Source: Candidatus Puniceispirillaceae bacterium (lineage in GTDB: Bacteria; Pseudomonadota; Alphaproteobacteria; Puniceispirillales; Puniceispirillaceae). Taken from it: a stretch of 64,000 nucleotides of DNA. Location: the NCBI GenBank assembly GCA_965656625.1, contig CBFHLG010000013.1, positions 2,549 to 66,548 on the forward strand, in the 5' to 3' direction. Both the position numbers and the translations under genes were made by a program. The notes below the pieces were generated by a model. The model ran no database searches. It worked only from the letters and a program-made list of their open reading frames with translations, and had not been told where the DNA came from. This document shows positions 21,416 through 29,643 of this stretch, in pieces. The stretch's first letter is position 1. Each line of letters starts with the position of its first letter.

Positions 21416-21452
21416 TCTGGTATTTAGGTCCGAAACGGTCCCAAATACCAGA
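21416..21452. repeat. Perfect 10-bp inverted repeat TCTGGTATTT-N17-AAATACCAGA in the gltD/uppP divergent intergenic region
   Basis: Read directly: arms at 21416-21425 and 21443-21452. The 17-nt spacer carries GGTCC twice and an inner CCG-AAA-CGG pairing. Confidence 0.85.
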
Positions 21453-21563
21453 GGCTGCTGATCAAAATTTACCCAGAGAAGCAGACTGACGGCGTGACAG
21501 ACCCGGCAGTTGCTGGCAGGATAGCCCGGCCATGTCATTATCTGATCTGAGAGCACAACAGCC

Positions 21564-22403
21564 ATGACAACCCTGTCAGTTCTGAGCATTTTTCTGGTGT
21601 CTATCATTCAGGGCATCACTGAATTTCTGCCGATATCCTCCTCCGGGCATCTGATTCTGCTGCCTGTGGTGACCGGGCTGGCGGATCAGGGCCAGACCGC
21701 GGATGTGGCCGCGCATTTGGGCACATTGGCGGCGGTGATGCTGTATCTTCGGCGCGATTTGTTCGCCATGGCCACAAGCCTGCTAGCTGTGGGCCCTCCA
21801 GACAAAGGCGCGCGCCGACTCGCCGGGCTGCTGATCCTGGCCAGCCTGCCGGTGATCGCTATGGGTCTGGTTGTGGAACTGGCCGCACCATCCGTGCTGC
21901 GGCTGGCCCTGACGGTGGCGGCGGCCAATGTTGTGTTTGCGCTCTGGTTGTTTTGGGCAGACCGTCAGCCTGTCCGGCATATGCTGCACAAAGACGGTAC
22001 CGATTTTGACTGGTCTGGTCTGAGTGTCCGTCAGGCCGTCTTTATTGGCGCCGCCCAGATTTTTGCACTTATCCCCGGGGCATCGCGCAGCGGGGTGACA
22101 ATGACTATGGCCCGCCAGCTGGGTCTGGACAGGCTGTCAGCGGCGCGGTTTTCCCTGTTATTATCGCTGCCGGTTATTGGCGGCGCGGCGGCGCTGAAGC
22201 TGGCCGGCCTGTTCAGTGCGCAAACATCTGCAGACCCTGCCGCCCTGGCGGCGATCACCGGGCTGTCCTTTTTGTTCGCCCTTGCAGCAATCCGCTGGAT
22301 GATGGGCTGGCTGGCCCGGGCCAGCTTCACCCTGTTTGTGGTCTACCGGCTGGGTCTGGGCGTGGTTCTGTTCGGGCTTATCTTCGGCGGCATCATCAGC
22401 TGA
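21564..22403 (+). CDS. uppP: Undecaprenyl-diphosphate phosphatase
   Basis: 279 aa polytopic membrane protein with the BacA motifs GITEFLPISSSGHL and PGASRSG. Confidence 0.93.
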   Translation: MTTLSVLSIFLVSIIQGITEFLPISSSGHLILLPVVTGLADQGQTADVAAHLGTLAAVMLYLRRDLFAMATSLLAVGPPDKGARRLAGLLILASLPVIAMGLVVELAAPSVLRLALTVAAANVVFALWLFWADRQPVRHMLHKDGTDFDWSGLSVRQAVFIGAAQIFALIPGASRSGVTMTMARQLGLDRLSAARFSLLLSLPVIGGAAALKLAGLFSAQTSADPAALAAITGLSFLFALAAIRWMMGWLARASFTLFVVYRLGLGVVLFGLIFGGIIS

Positions 22404-22423
22404 TACGCCGGCTTCGCCAAGGC

Positions 22424-23374
22424 TTATTTGGAAAACCGGCCGCCCGGGCGAAATGGCATCAGGTAGCCAGGCACCACCCCTTCAATTGCGGTTGGCGCAA
22501 CCCCCAGATCAGTCAGGCCCGGGGCTGATTTCCGGCAAATATTATCCACCTTCAGCAATTTCAACTGGTCAAGCGTCAAAGGCGGGTTGGGCAGCATACC
22601 GGCAAAGGCGGCGGGTAGGCTGGCCACAGCAAAGGGAATCGGCAGCAACAAACGGCGGCGCCCGACACACTCCAGGGTAAATCGCATCAGCTCGGCAAAG
22701 CTGTAGGTTTGCGGCCCACCAAGCTGGTAAATCTGGCCACGGGCCTCATCCATGTTAAGCGCGGCCAGCGCTGCGTCCGCCACATCGCCTACATAGACAG
22801 GCTGCATCAGGCTGGTCCCGCCACCAATAAGGGGCAGGGCCGGGGCAATCATCGCCATCTGGCCAAAGCGGTTGAAGAAATTATCTCCAGGCCCGAAAAT
22901 AATAGACGGCTGCAGGATGGTTGCCTCAGGGAACTGGCGCAGCAACGCGCGCTCACCTTCTGCTTTGGTGCGGGCATATACAGATGGCGATTTCAAATCC
23001 GCACCAAGGGCCGAAATATGGAGAACAGACCTTGTGCCGGTCTCGCCTGCCATCCGGGCAATGCGGCCAGGCAAGTCTGCCTGCAATGCAGAAAAGGTCT
23101 GCCGGCCGGATGGGGCCAGAATCCCGACCAGATTAATCACAATATCCGCAGGTGCGATAACCGATAGCAGATCATCATCGCTCAAAGCGTTGCCCGGGAC
23201 CGCGGTCAACTGGCCAATCGCACCGCCTGTCTTCAGCCGCTTTGCCCGCTCAGCGTTACGGGCCAGCACAATAACACGCGCCCCGGCAGAGAGCAGTTTT
23301 TCAGCCAAAGCCCGGCCAACAAAGCCTGTGCCGCCGATCAAGGTTACGGTTTTACCTGATAAATCTGTCATCAC
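22424..23374 (-). CDS. NAD(P)-binding SDR, complex I NDUFA9-like / NAD-dependent epimerase family
   Basis: 316 aa. N-terminal Rossmann motif LIGGTGFVGRAL. The overall pattern is typical of alphaproteobacterial NDUFA9 homologues. Confidence 0.8.
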   Translation of the reverse strand: MMTDLSGKTVTLIGGTGFVGRALAEKLLSAGARVIVLARNAERAKRLKTGGAIGQLTAVPGNALSDDDLLSVIAPADIVINLVGILAPSGRQTFSALQADLPGRIARMAGETGTRSVLHISALGADLKSPSVYARTKAEGERALLRQFPEATILQPSIIFGPGDNFFNRFGQMAMIAPALPLIGGGTSLMQPVYVGDVADAALAALNMDEARGQIYQLGGPQTYSFAELMRFTLECVGRRRLLLPIPFAVASLPAAFAGMLPNPPLTLDQLKLLKVDNICRKSAPGLTDLGVAPTAIEGVVPGYLMPFRPGGRFSK

Positions 23375-23490
23375 CCCACGGGCTCCCCTTCAGATTGCCT
23401 GCACAGCCCTGTCATAACAGGATCAGGCCAGACAGAAAAGCCCCATCCGCCAGGCTTTGTCAGCACCCCAATTTTGCCCTTCAAAAAAGA

Positions 23491-23518
23491 TTGACAGAGG
23501 GCCGCGAATGACTATTGT
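23491..23518 (+). promoter_or_regulatory. Sigma70-like promoter for tRNA-Leu
   Basis: TTGACA (23491-23496), 16 nt, TATTGT (23513-23518), preceded by an A-tract. It sits about 48 nt upstream of the tRNA 5' end. Confidence 0.5.
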
Positions 23519-23566
23519 GGGCGAACGCAAGGCAGGATTTGTCCGCTTGCGATGACGCCCCTTTAT

Positions 23567-23654
<88 letters not shown>

Positions 23655-23923
23655 TTTTATATGTATCACCTGATATAACCAATTGGATTGCTTCACTTTA
23701 TGTGTCTGCAGGGCGATTGGTGTGAGACAAGATGGGAAACAACTATTTCGCATTGAAATCCCCACACAAGCTAACAAATACCAGCATCTCATTGTGATAT
23801 CACAGGGTTCCTGCTTTGAGCTGTCAATGCCCTTGGGGAATGTGCAGCATAAAGTTTAATGAAAATGAAATTTTACTGTAATGTTTGCTGATGACTGTAG
23901 TGACTTCACCATAGGAGTTTACT

Positions 23924-25417
23924 ATGTCTATCCAAAATAAATTAAAAACCGCAATAGTTTCATCCAGCATCATGTTTTCTGCTATCTATTCTGCAGCTGC
24001 ATTAGAGATGCATGAGACTGGAAGTTTCAAAATTGGCGAGGGTGAGGGTTATGCAGAAATGCTGCGATACCACCCAAAATCCAAAAGCCTGATGGTAACA
24101 GCATCAGAAACCGGCACCATTGAGAGGCTCTCAATCCGGTCAGTCACCAACATATCGAAAATGGACGCTCTGGATTTGTCCGGTGGAGATGTGACAGCAG
24201 TCGCAGTCCATGGGGATATGGTCGCAGCCTCAATCAAAGGTGACGCTGCTGATGCCGCTGGCATGGTTAAATTGTTTGACGCAAGCGGTAAAGAAATTGC
24301 CAGTTTTACAACTGGCCCGCTTCCAGACAACCTAGCCTTCTCGCCAGATGGTCGGTATCTTCTGACCGCAAATGAGGGTGAGCCTTCAGATGATTACACT
24401 ATTGACCCTGAGGGCAGTTTCACTCTGATTGATCTAGGGTCTGGAACGTCCAATGCTAAAGTCACTCAGATAAGCCTAACTAACGTTTCTACTCCCATCG
24501 GAGGCAGAATAGTTAAGCCAGGTTCCAGCTTTGCAGCCGATGCTGAGCCGGAATATGTTGCGTTTGATGCGAATAGCAAGACTGCCTATGTGACCCTGCA
24601 GGAAAATAATTCCGTCGCTGTCATTGATATAGATAATGCTAAAGTCGCGTCTGTTGTTGGGTTAGGTGTGAAGAATGTGTCACGCACAAGCCACGATATG
24701 TCAAACAAGGATAACGGTATCAATATGAAGCGGTGGCCGGTTCTGATGATGTACCAGCCTGACGCCATCGCCACATATCAGGTCAACGGCGCAACTTATC
24801 TTGTCACTGCAAATGAAGGTGATGCAAAGGATTATGACGGGTTTTCAGAGGAAACGCGTGTTGCAAAATTAACACTTGATAAAACGATGTTCCCGAATGC
24901 AGACACACTCCAAAAACCTGAACATCTTGGTCGGCTAAAAACCACAACCACAATGGGCGACACAGATGGTGATGGAGACCATGACATGATTTATGCCTAT
25001 GGTGGTCGGTCATTCTCTATTTGGGGCTCAGATGGAACTTTGATTTTTGATAGCGGCAATGCATTTGAAAACATCATTGCAAGCCGCTCGCCTGAAGTGT
25101 TCAACGCTAATGGTGGAAAGTCGGAATTTGACGACCGTTCAGATGACAAAGGCCCAGAACCTGAAGCTCTTGCTTTGGGTGAAATTGACGGCAGGACATA
25201 TGCCTTTATCGGTATGGAGAGAAATAATGCGATTTTCGCTTATGACATCACCCTTCCCTCAGACCCACATATGGTTGGATATATGATGCCGTCTGATATG
25301 CATAATTCACCAGAAGGGCTTGAATTTATCGCTGCCAAAGACAGCCCATCGGGCAAGCCTCTTCTTGCAGTTGCATATGAGATGACAGGCACTGTCGCAT
25401 TATATGAAGTAAAATAA
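23924..25417 (+). CDS. Secreted choice-of-anchor I family beta-propeller protein (phytase-like / atypical alkaline-phosphatase-like)
   Basis: 497 aa with a signal peptide (MSIQNKLKTAIVSSSIMFSAIYSAAA). Repeated LTANEGE / VTANEGDAKDY motifs, a DTDGDGDHD Ca-binding-like loop, DDKGPEPEALA, and SPEGLEF. AGGAG SD upstream. GC is far below that of the flanks. Confidence 0.8.
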   Translation: MSIQNKLKTAIVSSSIMFSAIYSAAALEMHETGSFKIGEGEGYAEMLRYHPKSKSLMVTASETGTIERLSIRSVTNISKMDALDLSGGDVTAVAVHGDMVAASIKGDAADAAGMVKLFDASGKEIASFTTGPLPDNLAFSPDGRYLLTANEGEPSDDYTIDPEGSFTLIDLGSGTSNAKVTQISLTNVSTPIGGRIVKPGSSFAADAEPEYVAFDANSKTAYVTLQENNSVAVIDIDNAKVASVVGLGVKNVSRTSHDMSNKDNGINMKRWPVLMMYQPDAIATYQVNGATYLVTANEGDAKDYDGFSEETRVAKLTLDKTMFPNADTLQKPEHLGRLKTTTTMGDTDGDGDHDMIYAYGGRSFSIWGSDGTLIFDSGNAFENIIASRSPEVFNANGGKSEFDDRSDDKGPEPEALALGEIDGRTYAFIGMERNNAIFAYDITLPSDPHMVGYMMPSDMHNSPEGLEFIAAKDSPSGKPLLAVAYEMTGTVALYEVK

Positions 25418-25434
25418 TAACAAAATGAATTTGG

Positions 25435-25459
25435 GTCAGGGTGGTTTTTCTGCCCTGAC
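25435..25459. terminator. Hairpin terminator after the choice-of-anchor I gene (possibly bidirectional)
   Basis: GTCAGGG (25435-25441) / CCCTGAC (25453-25459) with an 11-nt T-rich loop. AT-rich tails on both sides; the U-tract is not ideal. Confidence 0.45.
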
Positions 25460-25652
25460 TCAATCTCATATTTTTAGCCTTTCATTAGAAACCAATCTCT
25501 TAACTCCCCCCTCCATCACACATCCCAACAACATAATGCCTCCCAATACCCCACTTGTGATGCAGGTTGCATGATATGTAATCATGTTAAATGTATAGAT
25601 AAGTGAAGCGGGTAAAGGAAAGTGTGCTGAAGACCGCCACGGTTTGGCCGCC

Positions 25653-26861
25653 TTACTTATTTCCGATCTGCATCGGCAGGCCGAATTCTGTCTGGCAGAT
25701 TTCAGCCAAGCGGCGGATACCGGCATCGATCGTGGCGGCATCAGGATAGCCGAAACACAGCCGCATATGCTGGCGGGCATCAGGGGCTGCAGACCATTCA
25801 ACACCTGGATTAATCGCCACCCCTTGCGCCCCGGCCACCTCAGCCAGACGGGTCGTATCCACATTTTCGGGCAGTTTTACCCAGATAAAAATGCCGCCTG
25901 CGGGCCGGACATAGTCGGCCGCAGACCCAAAATACTGATCAAAGGCGGTGCAAATCGCGTCTGCCTTTCCGGCCAAATGGGCGGCCAGTTTTTCCACATG
26001 AGCATCGAACTGACCATCGCAGAATTCGGCCAGAACCATCTGTTCCAATGCGCCTGAACCGGCATCTGTCTTATAGCTGAGCGCGCGGTGCAGGAAGGCC
26101 GGACTGGCAACCAGATACCCAACCCGCAAGGCCGGTGCAATGGTCTTCGAAAATGACCCGCAATAGATAACCCGGCCGGTATCGTCCAGCGCATGAAGGG
26201 CCGGTGGACGGGCACCATCAAAGGTCAGATCAGCATAACAATCATCTTCAAACACAGGCAGGTCATAACGTTCTGCCAGCGCCAATAACCCGCGCCGCCG
26301 ATCTTCCGGCATCACCGTTCCAGTCGGGTTCTGGACTGTCGGAATGGTGTAGATATAGCGCGGTGTGATGCCTTTGGCCTTCAGCCCGGCCAGAGTGTCC
26401 TCCAGCGCGTCAATACGCATGCCTTCAGCATCTGTCGGTACGCTGGCAAAATTTACATCCAGACGGTTAAAACGGGTGTATACCCCGCCATAATTTGACG
26501 CTTCTATTACCACCGTATCGCCCGGGCGCAGCAAGGTCTGGTTCACCAGATCAAGAGCCTGGAGCGAGCCGGAGACCAGCAGAATGTTATCAACATCGAC
26601 CATCATTGCGGCCCTGTGGTGCAGGCTGCTGGCCAGAAACTGGCGCAGGCCCAGATACCCAAGCGGCCCATCACCCAGCCCATAGGCCGCCAGACGCTGG
26701 CCATGCTGGGCCATCACTGTTGCAACGCACTCTTTCAGCGCGTCAACCGGTATCAGGCCGGGATCATTATGACCGCCGACAAAATTATAGCGCGGGAAAC
26801 CGGTCCAGCGCGCGGCGGCAGGAAGAGCGTCATCTGGCAGGCTGGTCGCAAAATCAAACAT
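25653..26861 (-). CDS. PLP-dependent aminotransferase, class I/II (AAT_I fold, 2-aminoadipate/aromatic aminotransferase-like)
   Basis: 402 aa. TVQNPTG motif and PLP-lysine motif GSFSKTIAPALRVGY. No N-terminal HTH domain. Confidence 0.85.
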   Translation of the reverse strand: MFDFATSLPDDALPAAARWTGFPRYNFVGGHNDPGLIPVDALKECVATVMAQHGQRLAAYGLGDGPLGYLGLRQFLASSLHHRAAMMVDVDNILLVSGSLQALDLVNQTLLRPGDTVVIEASNYGGVYTRFNRLDVNFASVPTDAEGMRIDALEDTLAGLKAKGITPRYIYTIPTVQNPTGTVMPEDRRRGLLALAERYDLPVFEDDCYADLTFDGARPPALHALDDTGRVIYCGSFSKTIAPALRVGYLVASPAFLHRALSYKTDAGSGALEQMVLAEFCDGQFDAHVEKLAAHLAGKADAICTAFDQYFGSAADYVRPAGGIFIWVKLPENVDTTRLAEVAGAQGVAINPGVEWSAAPDARQHMRLCFGYPDAATIDAGIRRLAEICQTEFGLPMQIGNK

Positions 26862-26907
26862 ACTTATCTCTCCCCCTTAGCTATTTTCCCCCTCGCCCGT
26901 TCTGTTT

Positions 26908-27816
26908 TTACAGAGGCAAGCCGGTCAACTGATGACCTGCACCACGCAGGCGGCTGGCCAGATGCGCAATATGGGCCGGGCCCACCTCACAACAGCCGCC
27001 GATAATGGTTGCCCCCGCCTCAACCCATGAGCAGGCAAAATCGGCATAGGCCTCTGGGCCCAGATCAGCGCGCGCCTCAAGGCTGGCCACAGTCCCACCA
27101 GGCTTCAGCGCCTCAATAGAGGTAAAGCCATTGGCATAACCGCCATAAGGAACCGGAAGGCCCGCCAGCACCGGCATCGCCGCGCTGACCGCCTCTGGCA
27201 CAGAACAATTCACCATCAGGCCATCCGGGCCAAGCGCCAGCAACTGGGCAAGTGCGTCTTCAAGGGCCTCACCAGACCGTAGCGTGTTTGTGCCATCATC
27301 AGAAAGGGTGAGCCCAACAAAGCCAACCTTGCCAGCCTCCTTCACCGCGGTCAGGGCGGCGCAGGCTTCGGTGATATTGGACATGGTCTCAATCAGGAAC
27401 AGATCAACCGCCGGGGCCTGCAGGCTGACCAGCTGGCGATAATCGGTAAGCGAGGCGTCAAAATCCATGCTGACCTCAGCCACATAAGAGCCCACCAGAG
27501 GCGGCAGGCAGCCGGCAAGCTGCAGCCCGTCATCACCGGCCTCATCAATAGCGGCGCGGGCCAGCCCAAGTGCCGTCTGATGGATAGCGCCTATCTGGCT
27601 GACATCACCATCCCGGCGCAACCGCGGCGGCGATGCGGTATAATTATTGGCGGTGATGACACGCGCCCCGGCGGCGATAAAGTCACGATGCACTGAACTG
27701 ACAACCTCAGGTTCATCATACATCACCTTTACCGACCAGAGGGGGTGCGGATTGGCCTTTGCCCGGGTCTGAATTTCCTGACCCAGCCCGCCATCCAAAA
27801 AAGAGATATCAGCCAT
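26908..27816 (-). CDS. Homocysteine S-methyltransferase family protein (MmuM/BHMT-like, Zn-dependent thiol methyltransferase)
   Basis: 302 aa. GGLGQE N-terminal motif and zinc-ligand cysteines in VNCS and GGCCEVGP. Confidence 0.85.
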   Translation of the reverse strand: MADISFLDGGLGQEIQTRAKANPHPLWSVKVMYDEPEVVSSVHRDFIAAGARVITANNYTASPPRLRRDGDVSQIGAIHQTALGLARAAIDEAGDDGLQLAGCLPPLVGSYVAEVSMDFDASLTDYRQLVSLQAPAVDLFLIETMSNITEACAALTAVKEAGKVGFVGLTLSDDGTNTLRSGEALEDALAQLLALGPDGLMVNCSVPEAVSAAMPVLAGLPVPYGGYANGFTSIEALKPGGTVASLEARADLGPEAYADFACSWVEAGATIIGGCCEVGPAHIAHLASRLRGAGHQLTGLPL

Positions 27817-28240
27817 CTTTGTGATCCTGTTTATCTGATGAAACCTGATGAACCTCTATCACATTGCCATCTGGATCATAGAAGAAAATCTGATGCCAAC
27901 CAGCCACCGCCCTGTCCCCCCAGTCAGAATAGGGCACGCCCTGGCTGTCCAGATGAGCCATGAAGGCCTTGATATCATCGGTACGGTAAGCGATATGGCC
28001 ACGCGCCACAGGGTTCACAATATGACCGGTGCGAAAACCAGCCTGCAGGTCCTGGGCGGCCAGATGCATCTGGATGTGACCATCGGTTACAAAAGACACA
28101 TCACCTGCATAGCCCTTTTTCTTTTCCAGCACAGGCAGACCATTTGTCTCTGTCGCCAGCCCGATAACATCACGGTAGAATTTATCCATTTCCTCAACCT
28201 GCTGGGTAGACAGGTTAATATGATGCAAGGTCAGTTTCAT
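27809..28240 (-). CDS. VOC family protein (glyoxalase / bleomycin resistance / dioxygenase fold)
   Basis: MKLTLHHINLSTQQVEEMDKFYRDVIGL... and a C-terminal FFYDPDGNVIEV, both typical VOC motifs. The start is taken at the ATG after GGAGAAAG. It overlaps the downstream methyltransferase start by 8 nt. Confidence 0.8.
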   Translation of the reverse strand: MKLTLHHINLSTQQVEEMDKFYRDVIGLATETNGLPVLEKKKGYAGDVSFVTDGHIQMHLAAQDLQAGFRTGHIVNPVARGHIAYRTDDIKAFMAHLDSQGVPYSDWGDRAVAGWHQIFFYDPDGNVIEVHQVSSDKQDHKDG

Positions 28241-28408
28241 GTTCGTCTTTCTCCGCAACTCATCCAGCGCCGTTCTCAACGCTAGCCCGAACCAGATGAA
28301 AACGCCAACCCCTGACGGACAGCCGGGCCGATTTTATCTTGCTCTGGGCCCGTTCTGGTTTTAGGTTTTTGTCTCACCCTTTTACCATTAAGGCTTGGTC
28401 AGTTAACT

Positions 28409-28834
28409 ATGAACGCCCAGCAATTAAGCCAGTTTTTGCAAGACCAGTTCCCACAGGTCGCTGACGCGTTTGATGTGAGCATGAGCGCAACAGGCGACCT
28501 GCGTGTCGTAATGCCCATCAGAGATCAGCATCTGCGCCCTGGCCAGACCGTATCCGGGCCATCCATGTTTGCGCTGGCCGATGTCACTTTCTATCTGGCG
28601 ATCTTGCAAAAGATTGGCCCGGAAGCGTTGAGCGTCACCACCAGCGCGACCATTAATTTTATGCGAAAACCCGGCACAGAGCCGCTGATAGGCGTACCGC
28701 GTATTCATAAGCTGGGGCGGCGGTTGGTGGTTGGTGATGTACTGATCTATTCCGCCTCTGATACCGGGTTAGAAAAGCCTGTGGCCTCTGCCAGCCTGAC
28801 CTATTCTATCCCGCCGAAACAGGAGACAAGCTGA
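28409..28834 (+). CDS. PaaI-family (hotdog fold) thioesterase
   Basis: 141 aa. The pattern GTVSGPSMFALADVTF...INFMRKP...G(R)RL is typical of PaaI/YigI-type thioesterases. Confidence 0.75.
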   Translation: MNAQQLSQFLQDQFPQVADAFDVSMSATGDLRVVMPIRDQHLRPGQTVSGPSMFALADVTFYLAILQKIGPEALSVTTSATINFMRKPGTEPLIGVPRIHKLGRRLVVGDVLIYSASDTGLEKPVASASLTYSIPPKQETS

Positions 28835-29598
28835 TGAGCCGAAAAACCGCGCTGATTACAGGGGCCGCCCGCGGTATCGGGCTGGCCACCGCCCGTCTGA
28901 TGAACCAGAACGGCTATCTGATTGCCATGGTCGATCGGGACGAAGCAGAATTACACAAGGTTGCCGGTGAAGTTAACGGTGAGGTTAACCGGGCCAAGGC
29001 CTTTGTCTGTGATGTGGCAGATCCCGATGCGGTTACCGAAATGGTGAGCGCGGTCACCGGCTGGTCAGGCCAGATTGACGTGGTGGTGAATAATGCCGGC
29101 GTAGCTGATTTCGGGCCAATTGAAGAGACCGATTTTGAGCGCTGGCGGCGGGTAATGGCCACCAATTTAGACGGCGTGTTTCTCGTCTCTCAGGCCTGTA
29201 TTCCAGCATTGAAGCAGACCCGCGGCGCGCTGGTGAATATTGCCTCAATTTCGGGCTTACGGGCCTCAACCCTTCGGGTGGCTTACGGCACATCCAAAGC
29301 GGCGGTGATCCAGCTTACCCTGCAACAGGCAGCAGAGCTTGGCGAATATGGGATACGGGCAAATTGTGTCTGCCCCGGGCCGGTGCGAACCAAACTGGCG
29401 ATGGCGGTGCATACACAAGATATCATCGATGCCTATCATGACGCGATACCGCTGAACCGGTATGGCAGCGAGGCAGAGATAGCAGAAGCAATTGCCTTTC
29501 TGGCCTCAGATAAAGCCAGCTATGTCACTGGCCAGATACTGGCTGCAGATGGCGGGTTTGAAGCGACCGGTGTTGGCCTGCCTGCCTTGCGGAAATAA
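28834..29598 (+). CDS. SDR family oxidoreductase (FabG-like)
   Basis: 254 aa. TGAARGIG cofactor motif, NNAG, and catalytic YGTSKAA. The ATG overlaps the thioesterase TGA (TGATG). Confidence 0.88.
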   Translation: MSRKTALITGAARGIGLATARLMNQNGYLIAMVDRDEAELHKVAGEVNGEVNRAKAFVCDVADPDAVTEMVSAVTGWSGQIDVVVNNAGVADFGPIEETDFERWRRVMATNLDGVFLVSQACIPALKQTRGALVNIASISGLRASTLRVAYGTSKAAVIQLTLQQAAELGEYGIRANCVCPGPVRTKLAMAVHTQDIIDAYHDAIPLNRYGSEAEIAEAIAFLASDKASYVTGQILAADGGFEATGVGLPALRK

Positions 29599-29609
29599 CC
29601 AAAAACAAG

Positions 29610-29643
29610 ACAGACAGGCAGGTTTTGGCGGGCGTCTGTTTTA
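29610..29643 (+). terminator. Possible terminator after the SDR gene
   Basis: ACAGAC (29610-29615) / GTCTGT (29634-29639) around an 18-nt loop, followed by TTTT. The large loop makes it weak. Confidence 0.25.

Noticed and set aside
21353-21607. 84-aa ORF in the gltD-uppP intergenic region.
   Set aside because: It overlaps the uppP start in antisense, has no SD, and its composition is junk-like. The region is better explained as divergent promoters plus the inverted repeat.
23866-23905. Pho-box-like CTGTAAT / CTGTAGT / CTGTCAA heptamers upstream of the choice-of-anchor-I (phosphatase-like) gene.
   Set aside because: The spacing between the heptamers (19 nt) does not fit the 11-nt periodicity of PhoB boxes, and the matches are 5-6/7. 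This is not distinguishable from chance in AT-rich DNA.
25466-25585. Possible 39-aa hydrophobic peptide (MITYHATCITSGVLGGIMLLGCVMEGG...) on the minus strand in the AT-rich tail of the islet, with a type-I-toxin-like look.
   Set aside because: There is no SD and no obvious promoter or antisense RNA partner. It is simply the distal part of a spurious 132-aa ORF that overlaps the aminotransferase 3' end. It would need Ribo-seq support.
23655-25652. Searched the borders of the low-GC islet for an integrase, a direct repeat of the tRNA-Leu 3' end (att site), or IS ends.
   Set aside because: None were found by eye. The islet cannot be called a mobile element, only a compositionally atypical segment.
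28241-28408. Checked the leader of the VOC / homocysteine-methyltransferase operon for a SAM-II or other methionine-related riboswitch.
   Set aside because: Some GC stems are present (GCCCGG...CGGGC), but I see nothing resembling the SAM-II core. An ordinary divergent promoter region is the simpler explanation.
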